DNA of 55,243 nt from a virus (Duplodnaviria > Caudoviricetes). Below the pieces are notes generated by a model that ran no database searches, had not been told where the DNA came from, and was given only the letters and a program-made list of their open reading frames with translations. Shown here piece by piece: positions 8,586-19,252 of this stretch. Every line of letters begins with the position of its first letter. The stretch's first letter is position 1. Where the stretch lies: the IMG/VR virus record IMGVR_UViG_3300032516_000034, positions 1 to 55,243 of that record; one strand, 5' to 3'. The position numbers and the translations under genes were made by a program.

Positions 8586-11500
8586 CTATTCCTTACTCTC
8601 AAGTTCGGACACCTTTTCCACGATCTGCTCCACATCGTTCTCGTCCGCTTCAGGCGGTAGGCTCTCTGCTATTGCCTCGGCGAGCTGGTCTGTCTTGCCC
8701 TTGGGCTCGCCATCAGCCTCCTCTGCTTTATCGCCAACGGGTGGAACAGGGGAGCCCTCTGATTCGCCCGTCGGGGCAGTGCCCGGTTCGCCTTCCAAAT
8801 CTGTAAAACCCTGCTGAAAGCCACCGCCCCCGCCACCCATGCCGCCAGCCTGATCTTGTTGTTGCGGTTTCATCTTGACGCCCAGATACCGAGCCACGCG
8901 CTCGACGATGTCAGTCGCATCGACGAGCTTGCGGCCAACTTCCGCGTTGACTTCTTCCGACATACGGTTAGATGTGGCATCCTTCACCGTGAACAACTGA
9001 TTCCGCAACTTGTTATTGATTTCGTCCACGTTCAAATTGAACAGCTCGTACAGTATGTCAACAGGCAAGCTGCCCTTCTGATACAACTGGAATAGCGAAT
9101 CAAACACTTCCGCATTATCCCTGATCGTTAGACGGTTGAATCCAACCTGCGGGTAGATGTATTTCCTGATACCGTTCTTGCCCTCTTCATACCAACCGTG
9201 CGCCTCGCAAATAGGGATGAACAGTTTCTTCTCGATGAAGTTTTTGAGAATCTCTCTGCTCATCAGGAACATGGTATTCAGAATTTCAACCGTTACCTTG
9301 CCACCCGTGAATGTTCCCTCTCCCGTAAGAAGCTCGCGAGTCACACCAAGAGCGGCAAACACCTGATTCTCAATCCGCTCATACTCGCGGTCAAGATCAA
9401 TCAACCTGTCGGTTGTGCCAATCTGCTCCCAGTTGATTTCATAGTTGGTGATGACGGAATACTCGGGATCGAGATACGACAAATCAACCTGTGTTCTGAG
9501 AGCATCCACCTCTTCGGGCATAAGTCCGGGAGCCGAAATCAAATTCTTCGGCGTCATGTTGCGGCTCGCCAGCGAGAGCTGACAGTATTTGTAATGCTCT
9601 TTCTGAAGCATCGGCACCAACACGCGCTCCAATACAGATACGCCCAAGTCCATATACGGACTTCGACGACGAGCAAAATGATGCACAAAACTGCCCGTTG
9701 TCGGATCGGTGTCCATAACAATACAGCCCTCGGTGCGCACCATTTCAACCAGCTCCTGTGGCAGATTCTCCAGAATTTTCTGTTCCAGATCGGCCCGTGC
9801 GCAAGTATTGCCTTCCATCGCCGATGTAGCCGACATCCCAGCAACAATTGTCGCGCCATCTCGGATCATCTTAACGAGCCGCTCGGGGCGATATTCGACA
9901 CGCTTGTTGTCGCTGAACGGATACTGGAATATGTAAACCTCTTCGGGAGGAAGCATAACAGCGCGGCTCCACATCTTCTTTTCGTCGGACCATTCGAGAA
10001 AAACGTAACAGTTGTGTGTGCGAATTTCGTTTGTGCAATATGTGTGCTCCCCGTCTACCTCAAAATTGTAAACATACCCATCGTGGTATTTTCTTCCGAT
10101 GTTGTTCACCTTAAAATAGAATTTACCATCTTTGATTTCGTATGTGAATGTACGATGTTCGCTCGAAGAACCATCAATTTCAATTTCTTTTACACACCCC
10201 TCGGTTAAAGCGCGAATATGATCGGGTTCTGAAACTTTAAGATAGTATATTTCCGAATTGGCTGTTCCGCCCCGTGGCATCTCTATGTCACGCTGTTTTG
10301 ACTTGCCAAAGCAGAACGGAATTCCGCATCTTATTCCCAACTGGAATAGTTGGTGCATTAGCGAATCATTTGTATTTGTAATTCCTGCCACGGCCTCTCT
10401 ATCAGTTTTGGATATGAATCCATCGCTATCAATCATACCTCGCAGCAACCATATTTGCTTACTGGGGGGAAGTTCCATTACCCACTTGGGAATTCGCTTG
10501 CTCTTACAGTCGTATCCAAAATGGTGTGCCCACCACGAACAAAAGATCGGATCATTCACCAGAACATGGAACAGATCATCATTGCATATTCCCCCAATCC
10601 CCTTTTCAAATCCATCGCAGCCGAATACAGACTCCATTACGGAACACAACCTATTAACCTGTGGCGTATCTCTAGCAATACAAATATCAAATGTGGAATA
10701 CTGATAAGATGTTGGCCTCTTATTGTTCCAAATCCATCCATCACCCATCCAATATCCCAGCAAATACATGAATTCGTCATCCACGCAAACAGATACCATG
10801 TCACTATCAAATGTTTTGTTGAATACTCGACCATAAAAATCAGGAGCGTTCTTTTTCTCAGAAACGGGGAACCAACGGATTGAACTGCCGTGATGGCCCC
10901 CGCGTCCTCTTTCTGTGCGGATGACCCCCCTCTTTCTGAGTGAATACGCAACATTCCTCATTCTTACAATATTGTCAGTGCCGAGAATCTTTGAAACGCT
11001 CTCGCATGTCATATCCACCGGTTCGACTAAAGAAGACATCCACGCAATAAGCTTATCTTTTATTTCATTGGTGGTATCAGAACCACCAGTTGGGGTTTTA
11101 TGAGATACGAATACCTGAATTCCATTATTAAGATTCTTGACCTCAACAGAATCATACCTATTAGACAAGATACCTAAGATTTCGGAACGAATATCATATT
11201 CTTCAATATCCTTAACCTCTGTCGAAAATGCGATTCCTATGTAATCATCGTTCCTTATTTCTTTGGCGGGAACCATTTTTTCTTGCCCGTTTCTCAGTAT
11301 GAAAACAGGATGTTCCGATGTCGGTGTGAATTCAATAGCTGGAAGTCTTGCGATATCCAAGTCAATGAGCCATTCCGAAACATGCCTGCGAGAAATAGCA
11401 TTAACTCGGCCATACTGTCCAGATGCAGTTAAAACCCTGTCATTCTCTCGTATCTGACAAATAGGCATCATTCCTTGTTCTGTGTGGACCAGATGGCCTG

Positions 11501-13304
11501 CGGGGAAGCAATTTCCGATCATATTATATTCCCACAGAATATCTTGGCACAGATCAAATGCGTTGATCGCGTCCAACTGATAAGTGAAGAATTCCTGTAT
11601 TTCCTTCTGTAATGCCCTTTTGGCCTTCGGCATCTTTGGCATATTAAGCGTTATCTTGCTCATCGGCAGATCGGTGAGAAGCTCAAGAGCACGACCAATA
11701 TAAGCATCACTTCGACAATTATGCGTAACCATTCCATTACACATGTACGACTTTTCGTCGCCCTCGGCATCCAGTTCAAGATTGTAAACGATATCGTCTT
11801 TTTCCATGTACGATATTTTGTCTATCTTGAATGCTGCATATCCGTTGATAAAAAATGCACAATGCTTGTCACCGTCTGAACCAGAATCAGACCACTTAGT
11901 AGACCCAGTGATTAAAGAATCGGCACTCCAAGAAGGTATTGTTATGTGCCATATTGGATTGTCGCTCCACTTATCATTCTTTCTTTCATACTTAGCAATA
12001 CGACACATCACCCCTGCTGAAATGGCAAGCAATTGAACTTGCGATGCTAAATCATTTGATGCTGTCGCTATTAGGAGTTTGCCCTTATTGCTTCCATTAA
12101 GATACTGATGCCCGTCGCCTTCAGCATATGCGAGCAAAAAGGATTTCTTTGCCTCTATAGTTGAGTCAAGCAAATCCTTGGATAGTTTTTTCTCTGCACT
12201 GTATGAACCAACATGTAAATGACAAAATTCACCCACATTCCTACCACTCACAAGTATCTCAATGTGGTTTTCTCTCCTGCGAACAATGCTCCCGTTCACA
12301 CCGAATACAGATGACGATAGTTCAAGAATTTTCTTACCAACACTGTTTTCTTCGTCCTTGTGCAATGTAAAGGAAACACCAATAGGAACCTTTGTCTTTT
12401 CTTGATGCCATTTCCATCCATTAACCTTAACATCTCCATCATCACTTGTGGTATTAACACACCTCATACCCCAAACAATAGAGCCTTCGGATGCGTAATA
12501 TCCAAGAAATGAGGTTTGCTCACAAGTCATCTGGCTGAATTTTACAGGCTTATATGGAGCCATTAAAACATAATCACCAACTTCTATTCTGTCAGCATTT
12601 ACCCATTCAGGTGAAAAATCCATCTGATCTCTGTAATGACCCTCATCCTTTTTTACCTGTGATTTTTTCAATATGTAAAAAGGATGTTCGTGTGTCACCA
12701 ATGCGGTATTTTGCAAACACCATGCACTAATCTCCACTGCCTTGGAGTCCTTACATTGTCTCTCGATTTTTTCAGCGACACGACGAACACTACCTACACC
12801 CGTTATCACCTCATCACCAACCTGAACATCTTTAATGGATTTCAATGTTCCATCGGACATTAGAACCTGTCCTAAGTGGTTATCATCCAAGTAGTAGCAA
12901 AAATACCTGTACCAGCTATATTTTTCAGCAAGCGTTACTGGCCAATACAGCAAGCCACCGTTCTGCTGATTCATCATCAAAAAATATGTCGGCACATCGT
13001 ATGCACCCGTGCGGTCGCCAAGGCCGAATGCGTAGGAACTTCGGTAGGTATCCAGCTTATAGCCCGACGAATACGGTGCGCTCATGTGAACAAAGTCGAT
13101 CATCATGCCTGCTTGCCGTTCGCGTCCGCCGCCTTCGCCAAAACCGCCAGCTCCCGTTGCTATCCTCTTCGCTATTCTGGCCTTCACTGGATCATACTTG
13201 CCCACGATTGCCCTTGGACGCTTCATACCCGCCACAACATCGGTGGACACAGCATCCTGCGTTGAAGCGACTATCGGATTTCTCACTATTTTTTGCTTTG
13301 CCAT
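8586..13304 (-). CDS. Portal protein containing two inteins (about 678 aa after splicing)
   Basis: Lies downstream of terminase. The exteins have portal-like segments (YIGRALELLTDLPMSK, YNMIGNCY, HFARRRSPYMDLGVSVLER, ALGVTRELLTGEG) and an acidic Gly/Pro tail. Confidence 0.8.
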   Translation of the reverse strand: MAKQKIVRNPIVASTQDAVSTDVVAGMKRPRAIVGKYDPVKARIAKRIATGAGGFGEGGGRERQAGMMIDFVHMSAPYSSGYKLDTYRSSYAFGLGDRTGAYDVPTYFLMMNQQNGGLLYWPVTLAEKYSWYRYFCYYLDDNHLGQVLMSDGTLKSIKDVQVGDEVITGVGSVRRVAEKIERQCKDSKAVEISAWCLQNTALVTHEHPFYILKKSQVKKDEGHYRDQMDFSPEWVNADRIEVGDYVLMAPYKPVKFSQMTCEQTSFLGYYASEGSIVWGMRCVNTTSDDGDVKVNGWKWHQEKTKVPIGVSFTLHKDEENSVGKKILELSSSVFGVNGSIVRRRENHIEILVSGRNVGEFCHLHVGSYSAEKKLSKDLLDSTIEAKKSFLLAYAEGDGHQYLNGSNKGKLLIATASNDLASQVQLLAISAGVMCRIAKYERKNDKWSDNPIWHITIPSWSADSLITGSTKWSDSGSDGDKHCAFFINGYAAFKIDKISYMEKDDIVYNLELDAEGDEKSYMCNGMVTHNCRSDAYIGRALELLTDLPMSKITLNMPKMPKAKRALQKEIQEFFTYQLDAINAFDLCQDILWEYNMIGNCFPAGHLVHTEQGMMPICQIRENDRVLTASGQYGRVNAISRRHVSEWLIDLDIARLPAIEFTPTSEHPVFILRNGQEKMVPAKEIRNDDYIGIAFSTEVKDIEEYDIRSEILGILSNRYDSVEVKNLNNGIQVFVSHKTPTGGSDTTNEIKDKLIAWMSSLVEPVDMTCESVSKILGTDNIVRMRNVAYSLRKRGVIRTERGRGGHHGSSIRWFPVSEKKNAPDFYGRVFNKTFDSDMVSVCVDDEFMYLLGYWMGDGWIWNNKRPTSYQYSTFDICIARDTPQVNRLCSVMESVFGCDGFEKGIGGICNDDLFHVLVNDPIFCSWWAHHFGYDCKSKRIPKWVMELPPSKQIWLLRGMIDSDGFISKTDREAVAGITNTNDSLMHQLFQLGIRCGIPFCFGKSKQRDIEMPRGGTANSEIYYLKVSEPDHIRALTEGCVKEIEIDGSSSEHRTFTYEIKDGKFYFKVNNIGRKYHDGYVYNFEVDGEHTYCTNEIRTHNCYVFLEWSDEKKMWSRAVMLPPEEVYIFQYPFSDNKRVEYRPERLVKMIRDGATIVAGMSATSAMEGNTCARADLEQKILENLPQELVEMVRTEGCIVMDTDPTTGSFVHHFARRRSPYMDLGVSVLERVLVPMLQKEHYKYCQLSLASRNMTPKNLISAPGLMPEEVDALRTQVDLSYLDPEYSVITNYEINWEQIGTTDRLIDLDREYERIENQVFAALGVTRELLTGEGTFTGGKVTVEILNTMFLMSREILKNFIEKKLFIPICEAHGWYEEGKNGIRKYIYPQVGFNRLTIRDNAEVFDSLFQLYQKGSLPVDILYELFNLNVDEINNKLRNQLFTVKDATSNRMSEEVNAEVGRKLVDATDIVERVARYLGVKMKPQQQDQAGGMGGGGGGFQQGFTDLEGEPGTAPTGESEGSPVPPVGDKAEEADGEPKGKTDQLAEAIAESLPPEADENDVEQIVEKVSELESKE
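10011..11510 (-). mobile_element. Portal intein 2 (500 aa) with LAGLIDADG endonuclease
   Basis: IGN|CFPAGHLVHT...PTSEHPVF...YLLGYWMGDG...LLRGMIDSDG...VYNFEVDGEHTYCTNEIRTHN|C. Confidence 0.92.
11718..12899 (-). mobile_element. Portal intein 1 (394 aa) with LAGLIDADG endonuclease
   Basis: YRYF|CYYLDD...VLMSDG...VTHEHPFY...FLGYYASEG...FLLAYAEGDG...VYNLEL...YMCNGMVTHN|C. Confidence 0.9.
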
Positions 13305-13305
13305 A

Positions 13306-13872
13306 TCACATCCTCGAAATTCTGTTATCTGTCAATCCGCGCTCCACAGCCGCCAGCAAACTGCGAACTCTGACCACTTTTCTTCTGCTGAACATGTCTG
13401 TGCCTAGTATGGCTTCGTTTTCTCCCAGCACCTGCCATGCTTTCCTTATATTCACCAGCACGCAATCCAACGACTGATTCACTTCCTTAGCCGCCCTGTG
13501 TCTGGCATTATCCCTGTCATCCTGAGCCACCTTTTCATGCTGGCGAGTCTGCGCCTCGGAAATCTTCTTGGCCTTCTTTATCTTCTGGTCAACTTCCGCA
13601 GGTTGCGTCTGTATCTCCGAGCTATTTGCCGCCTGTTCTGCTTCGTATGCCACCTTGGCTAATTCCAAGGCCCGCAATAGGGGATGACCCGGTGGCAATC
13701 CTGTCAAATCTCCCCCAAGTAGTGCCTTTTGTTTCTCTACTTCCGCCTTGAGAGGATGCCCATCTGGCAATGTCGTCTCAAGCTTCTTGGCTGCTTCCCG
13801 TGCCAATGATTCTTCGGCGGCCCTTACTCTGCCAAGCAGATTGCCTTTTACCACCTTCTTGTTGTCAGTCAT
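13306..13872 (-). CDS. Hypothetical helical protein upstream of portal
   Basis: 188 aa with AAGGAG RBS; the motif LPxGHPL occurs twice. Confidence 0.75.
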   Translation of the reverse strand: MTDNKKVVKGNLLGRVRAAEESLAREAAKKLETTLPDGHPLKAEVEKQKALLGGDLTGLPPGHPLLRALELAKVAYEAEQAANSSEIQTQPAEVDQKIKKAKKISEAQTRQHEKVAQDDRDNARHRAAKEVNQSLDCVLVNIRKAWQVLGENEAILGTDMFSRRKVVRVRSLLAAVERGLTDNRISRM

Positions 13873-13947
13873 CTCGTTCTCCTTATTTCATATTTTCGGC
13901 AACAATGCCGCACCTTGAAGCAGATTGTCATCGTTCACTATGAGTGC

Positions 13948-13967
13948 AAAATATCAAAAAATTGTGA
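13948..13967 (-). promoter_or_regulatory. Motif L copy 2 (upstream of the portal operon)
   Basis: Exact TCACAATTTTTTGATATTTT. Confidence 0.75.
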
Positions 13968-13974
13968 GCTTGGG

Positions 13975-16900
13975 TTATATTCCCGTTGTTAACCGCCGTG
14001 CCAGCATCCCCGGTATACTCACACCGCTCTGGGTGCGCCGCCTGAAGCCATCCAGCCCACGGGGATGCTCTCCATGCTTTTTCAGTTTATTCAGCCGATA
14101 TGTAGCTGCTGTTTCCTGCCGTGGCATACCATCAGGCGTAAACATTCTTGCCGAAACACCCATAGAACCTCCAGCCCCCGTCGCAACAGCATAGGGCCGT
14201 TCGCTCTGATTCTTATGGCACAACCAGACCGCTCTTATCACAGCCTCACAGATATCATCGTGCGCCCCACGTCGATTCGGTGCCCGCACATCAATTTTAT
14301 TCTTCGCTTTTTTCTCGGCCTCCAGCGTAAGAAGTTCTGGAATAAGAACAGGGTGATTCGGAAATTCAAGCAGTTTCTCAGAATAGAGCGTTTTGGCAAG
14401 CTGATAAACATCGCTGTTCAGCGTGTCAGTGAACTGCTCCATCTCAAACTGTTTCAGACGTTGCGACTTCAGAATCTCAGCGAGCGCATAGCCATTATGT
14501 TGATCGAAAATCCCCGCCTTGATTCCGAACCACTGACATAACTCCTTTATCTCTTCAACTATTTCTGCAATGGAAAGCAGTTCTCTCGTCGCGTATTTCC
14601 TGCATCCCGTGTACAAGCCATTTTCAAATTCCCACACATCGGACGACGCCGAAAACCAGACATTCGCATAATCAACCACTATTCTTTGGTTTTGCTTGTT
14701 TTTGTGTACGATACCGATTGCGGTGCCGTCATTTTTGAATCCCAAGTCTATGCCCATGTAATACGAAACATCGTATATGCCGCGAAGCTTTATCGGCTCC
14801 TGAGTGACACACTTTCGGAACTCGGTTTCGTCATCAATCCATGCGGTGATGGTGTCGGAGAACTCGCCGCCGTATTCACACATGAAACCAACCCTGTCTC
14901 TGCGACGGGCCGCAGCCAAGATTTCCGTCGGGATTGTCGGGTTCATCATAGCTGAATACATTTTGAACATCAGCGTGAAATCTTTTTCTTGGAAAGACTG
15001 CTGGAACCTCTCGTAAAACGCACCATACTTCGCGTAAGGCGACGATATGCAGACAACCTTTCCATCACGCCTGAATGAAGCGATTGACGGCGTAAGAGCC
15101 TTATATACTTCCGAACCGCTGAACCTGCCGTTGTTGTCTATGAAATGGGCCATCTCATCCATGATTACTACGATGGCATTTCTTCCGCGCAAGCTGTTGG
15201 ATGCGCATCCACCAGCCATCAGTGTAATATTCGCTTTCGGTTTACCGTAGAGTTTCAGATCGGCATCCGACTGCAAATCGAAATATGTCATTGTGGAATG
15301 TAAACACCGTTCCTTTATGAACGGACACTGCCTAGCCATGTTGTGAATCATGTCGAAAAGGCCACCAGCCTGATCGTCTGCTGGGGCAACATTCATAATG
15401 TAAATCGGAGTATTGGCAGGAAAGCCGTAATACTTCGACGGATCGCCCCGCTTGAGCAGTTTATACAGCTCGTAGTTGGAAATGAATGAAGCCTCTGACG
15501 AATTGTGAGAAAGAATGTCTCCGCCAATAATATGAGTACCAGATACGCATAAATCAACCGTTTTTCTCAGTCCGACAGGGCTCACTGATTCTACTTTGTC
15601 CCATCGAACATCAGATGTCGCCATATCCATCAAGAACTTATCCCCGGTATTGATTCCGTATTGCAGAACCTTTCTCCTACTTGGGGAATACTGCATATGC
15701 AGTCTTTCATTGTTCCCTACACCGTGTTTTCCCATAACATCGGCACATGACAACCCGCCGTCAGTCATTGCCGCCCTAACACGATTCCAAATCCCCCTTG
15801 GAGCAGAATCAAATTCGCTCTTGGATTCCACTCGCAATCTCGCCATATTCACGACCTTAGATACGGCATCTTCTTTTGCGAAGATTCCTATCTCTTTCGC
15901 AAATATCTCAATACTGTCCCTCATTACGATGTCCAAGCCCCAAGAATCAAACACCTTTCCTTTGCACTTTGTTTTTCTGAAACGAACAACAGAGTGGACG
16001 CCGAATTTCAACAAGAGATGTCGAACACCATCAATCATCTTCTTTGATGACGAAGCGTAGCCTATAGATGACTTGGGCACTCCCTTGTGCCCCTCCTGTA
16101 CTCGGCCCGCAACGGTAGCCCACCCATCGCAAGCAAAAAGCCTAGACAGAAAGATTGCGGTCTCTTCCTTAGACGCTTTGAATATACAATCTGGTACTTC
16201 CTTATCTATGGATTTTTTCCCAATACACCCCGCGCCTCTTAGCCACTCCATAACAGCATTTTTTTGACTCCCATCTTGCTTGAATCTACCCGATGCCTTT
16301 AACACATTGTAACCATAATGAAATGAGGTCTTTCCTAGAGGTTTAACCTTGCACATCGGAAATTCTTGTTGAATCAAATGAGTAAAGTCTGCAAGTTTAG
16401 TCGGACAAGCGATTGTCATAGTCGGACGTTCTGTCGTGCCGCCATCACCTTGAAAATAGCCCAGTAATGCCGCCCTGCCCAGACCAATGCCCCCTCTCCC
16501 AAAGAGGCCAACATTATTTGAGATAGCTACCCTGTCTCCCTTTTTCAATTCAGAAAGACTCACAAAACTAGGTTTTTCTTCCCCATCCTTCCACACAAGA
16601 TATGGATGGTTTCCCGATGATATTTCAAATAACCCCCTCTTCGTCTCTAATTCAAAACATCCAACATCTCCATTGTCCCATATTTCAAAATCATGCGTAA
16701 CTTTGCTTTTCAGGGTTTCAGGATCATAGGTTAATATTCCGATATTAGCACAACGATGTTTTCTTTCAAGCAGGTCGCCAAATGTTATAGAGCCCTCCGT
16801 TGTAGCGATACGATCTTCCATAGCCCGACATTTCCCGCCACGCCTGCCAATAGGCATTACCAGCTCTTGAAATATTTTTCCTTCTGTCGTATCGGTATTA

Positions 16901-17166
16901 CATCTTCCTTCTTCATACAAAAATTTCAGGAAGGATTTTTCGGTGAAGGTATAGAGTATCTTTTCATTGATGACATCTGGAACTTTGATGTCCTGCTTTG
17001 TGTCGTCAAGAGGCAGGCCGTAAAACGCCTTGAGTGAAAAACGCTGGACTGGGAACAGCTTGATGTTTAGGCCCCACGGAGCTTCCACGAACGATACAAT
17101 GTCAACAATCTCCGTATTGCCCGAAATGAACTCTTTCGCTATTTCGGCAATGAGGTTATTCGGCAT
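13975..17166 (-). CDS. terL: Terminase large subunit with intein (about 620 aa after splicing)
   Basis: Walker A GRRGGK|S split by the intein, Walker B VVIMDE, coupling motif ISSP, RNase H-like MGIDLG and HDD. Confidence 0.92.
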   Translation of the reverse strand: MPNNLIAEIAKEFISGNTEIVDIVSFVEAPWGLNIKLFPVQRFSLKAFYGLPLDDTKQDIKVPDVINEKILYTFTEKSFLKFLYEEGRCNTDTTEGKIFQELVMPIGRRGGKCRAMEDRIATTEGSITFGDLLERKHRCANIGILTYDPETLKSKVTHDFEIWDNGDVGCFELETKRGLFEISSGNHPYLVWKDGEEKPSFVSLSELKKGDRVAISNNVGLFGRGGIGLGRAALLGYFQGDGGTTERPTMTIACPTKLADFTHLIQQEFPMCKVKPLGKTSFHYGYNVLKASGRFKQDGSQKNAVMEWLRGAGCIGKKSIDKEVPDCIFKASKEETAIFLSRLFACDGWATVAGRVQEGHKGVPKSSIGYASSSKKMIDGVRHLLLKFGVHSVVRFRKTKCKGKVFDSWGLDIVMRDSIEIFAKEIGIFAKEDAVSKVVNMARLRVESKSEFDSAPRGIWNRVRAAMTDGGLSCADVMGKHGVGNNERLHMQYSPSRRKVLQYGINTGDKFLMDMATSDVRWDKVESVSPVGLRKTVDLCVSGTHIIGGDILSHNSSEASFISNYELYKLLKRGDPSKYYGFPANTPIYIMNVAPADDQAGGLFDMIHNMARQCPFIKERCLHSTMTYFDLQSDADLKLYGKPKANITLMAGGCASNSLRGRNAIVVIMDEMAHFIDNNGRFSGSEVYKALTPSIASFRRDGKVVCISSPYAKYGAFYERFQQSFQEKDFTLMFKMYSAMMNPTIPTEILAAARRRDRVGFMCEYGGEFSDTITAWIDDETEFRKCVTQEPIKLRGIYDVSYYMGIDLGFKNDGTAIGIVHKNKQNQRIVVDYANVWFSASSDVWEFENGLYTGCRKYATRELLSIAEIVEEIKELCQWFGIKAGIFDQHNGYALAEILKSQRLKQFEMEQFTDTLNSDVYQLAKTLYSEKLLEFPNHPVLIPELLTLEAEKKAKNKIDVRAPNRRGAHDDICEAVIRAVWLCHKNQSERPYAVATGAGGSMGVSARMFTPDGMPRQETAATYRLNKLKKHGEHPRGLDGFRRRTQSGVSIPGMLARRLTTGI
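15502..16830 (-). mobile_element. Terminase intein (443 aa) with LAGLIDADG endonuclease, inserted in the P-loop
   Basis: GGK|CRAMEDRIATT...SGNHPY...LLGYFQGDG...FLSRLFACDG...TVDLCVSGTH...ILSHN|S. Confidence 0.92.
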
Positions 17167-17170
17167 CCTA

Positions 17171-17758
17171 TCACGCTCCCGGCTTCTGCTGGAATTTCAT
17201 TTCCTCGTATGTATCGCGAAGTTCCTTCTTCCAGTTTTCCGTGACTTCCCCGTATGTTGAGAAAAACAAATCTGAGATTTCCGTACCGACATTCATGCGG
17301 TTGAATGTCTCCTTCGCCTTGTTGAAGAAAAAGCGAAAGATGATGCTCATCGCTGGGGAGTCAACATCAAGGCCGCTGATTCGCTCCAGCTCCATGCGGG
17401 TTTGTATAGCCTTGATTGCCTTTTCCAGAACCTCCGCACGCTTGAACGAGATGACAGATGAATCCCGCAAATCGCCGTTGTGCGCACTTACCAATTCGTT
17501 GCCAAGCAGGTGATCGGTTTCTTTGACAACCTCTTCGATCAGGGTGATAACAAGACTTGATGAGTCATCCTTGTTTGTTTTACGGATACGATCAATGATG
17601 CTTGCCGCGCCTTTGTGGTATTCTTGGATCAGACTGTCGCGATACTCGATCACATTCATGGGTAATGCTGAACCGTTTGGCGGCCTCACAATCGGTTTAG
17701 AATTAGCTCCCGCGTCGGTATCCGCTTTTTCAAAGTCATCGTCGGCCATTTGAAACAC
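17171..17758 (-). CDS. Hypothetical, candidate terminase small subunit
   Basis: 195-aa helical protein directly upstream of terL. The function is inferred from position only. Confidence 0.5.
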   Translation of the reverse strand: MFQMADDDFEKADTDAGANSKPIVRPPNGSALPMNVIEYRDSLIQEYHKGAASIIDRIRKTNKDDSSSLVITLIEEVVKETDHLLGNELVSAHNGDLRDSSVISFKRAEVLEKAIKAIQTRMELERISGLDVDSPAMSIIFRFFFNKAKETFNRMNVGTEISDLFFSTYGEVTENWKKELRDTYEEMKFQQKPGA

Positions 17759-17805
17759 TCCTATATTTTCACCGCGTCATAGCGCGGCGTATCCAGCACA
17801 AACAA

Positions 17806-18915
17806 CTAAACAGGCATCTCTTCCTGCACCATGCTTATGCCGAGGGGTGCGGGCGGAGCGGCATCAACAAGTATATCTTCCATAAGATCATCAAACTCTG
17901 CTTGTGGTGCCGCCTCGGCCACTGGCTCGTTCAGCATAGGCGGATTATCGAGCACATTCTGTCCCATTTCCACATCAGGAGTCGGCGAAAGCGGAGCGGA
18001 TATGTCAACGGGAGTGTCTCCCATTCCCATCGAAATACCGTATGCCTTTACTTTGCCTGCATACCGACTGGACTCGGCAGATTCCTTACGGTGGTTCAGC
18101 CAACGAAACGCGGCGCGGATGGCTTCGAGATTACTTGAATATTTGTTGTTTTTGCGGTCGTCCCATATCTGCTTATACTGGCCCTCGGGAAGCCCGCTCA
18201 TGTTCATCATATCAATCATGGTCGTGTCCATGTCCGATGGATCGAGGTCGCCACGGGCCGCCAGTATTGGCATCATTGTCGAGCGGCAGTGGGATGCCAT
18301 TGTCGGAACATGCTTTTCATCTGTCGAAGCGAAGAATGCGTCCACGGAGCCGCCGATTGTTTCCGCTTTTACGGCCATTCGCTGGCCCAAGGAAGCGATA
18401 GAATGGGGTTCCCCGCACTGACACCCTATTACATACTTCAGGAAGTATTTATAGGGGCTGTGGGAAGCCGCCTTGAGTGCGTCCCTGCACGACTCATAAC
18501 CTCTTCCGTCTACCGCGATACAGCCAACAACACCCTCCAGTGCCAATTGCTTCCGCAAGCCGTCCTTGGCTGCCCTGAGCGTCTTGGATGCAAACTTGCC
18601 CTTCAGGGCCGCCACGAGTGCCCTGCCCATGACGCCACGATTCATAGCATCCCGTGCGAAAACGATAACGGCACTCGCATCCCCAATAGCATCATCGGGC
18701 AGATTACGCTGCACGATACCAGCAGGCTGATTCAGATCAATATCAGGAGTTGTCGCGCCGCCCCATTCGACTTCCAGTTCTGGCTTGATGTTATTGTGCT
18801 TCTTCATTCCCTCTGCAACGGGCTCGAAAGTCGGAGCACCCGGCTTCAGCATTCCATCTTTGTACCACGAATGATCTATGATCGACGCCTCTTTGAGCAT
18901 ATCCGTCAAGTCCAT
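17806..18915 (-). CDS. Hypothetical protein
   Basis: 369-aa ORF with AAGGAG RBS. Confidence 0.75.
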   Translation of the reverse strand: MDLTDMLKEASIIDHSWYKDGMLKPGAPTFEPVAEGMKKHNNIKPELEVEWGGATTPDIDLNQPAGIVQRNLPDDAIGDASAVIVFARDAMNRGVMGRALVAALKGKFASKTLRAAKDGLRKQLALEGVVGCIAVDGRGYESCRDALKAASHSPYKYFLKYVIGCQCGEPHSIASLGQRMAVKAETIGGSVDAFFASTDEKHVPTMASHCRSTMMPILAARGDLDPSDMDTTMIDMMNMSGLPEGQYKQIWDDRKNNKYSSNLEAIRAAFRWLNHRKESAESSRYAGKVKAYGISMGMGDTPVDISAPLSPTPDVEMGQNVLDNPPMLNEPVAEAAPQAEFDDLMEDILVDAAPPAPLGISMVQEEMPV

Positions 18916-18927
18916 ATCCGTTCTCCT

Positions 18928-19188
18928 TTAATCTTCCGACATCGCCTGTTTTACTTCGTCTTCCGTTAGTATGTCATTCGAGAAAACAGGCTCAATCGTT
19001 TTCTTATCGTCGCTCACTTTCCAAAGGCACTTGGTAGTCTTGTGTATCAGCAGGTCATTACCTGCGGCCACGAACATCATCCGAGCCTGCTTGTTGTTGG
19101 GCATCCGCGAAACAAATCGCTTGTTCCCGTCCAAAGATGCGTCAATTCCTATCGAGCTGTGCCAGTTGAAATCTTCGAGTATTCCCAT
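18928..19188 (-). CDS. Hypothetical protein
   Basis: Start MGILED with GAGG RBS, downstream of motif L. Confidence 0.7.
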   Translation of the reverse strand: MGILEDFNWHSSIGIDASLDGNKRFVSRMPNNKQARMMFVAAGNDLLIHKTTKCLWKVSDDKKTIEPVFSNDILTEDEVKQAMSED

Positions 19189-19232
19189 ATTCAAGCCTCT
19201 CTTTTGACAGAATCCTGCTACACCATGAGTCC

Positions 19233-19252
19233 AAAATATCAAAAAATTATGA
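19233..19252 (-). promoter_or_regulatory. Motif L copy 3 (upstream of the terminase operon)
   Basis: TCATAATTTTTTGATATTTT, one mismatch. Confidence 0.72.
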
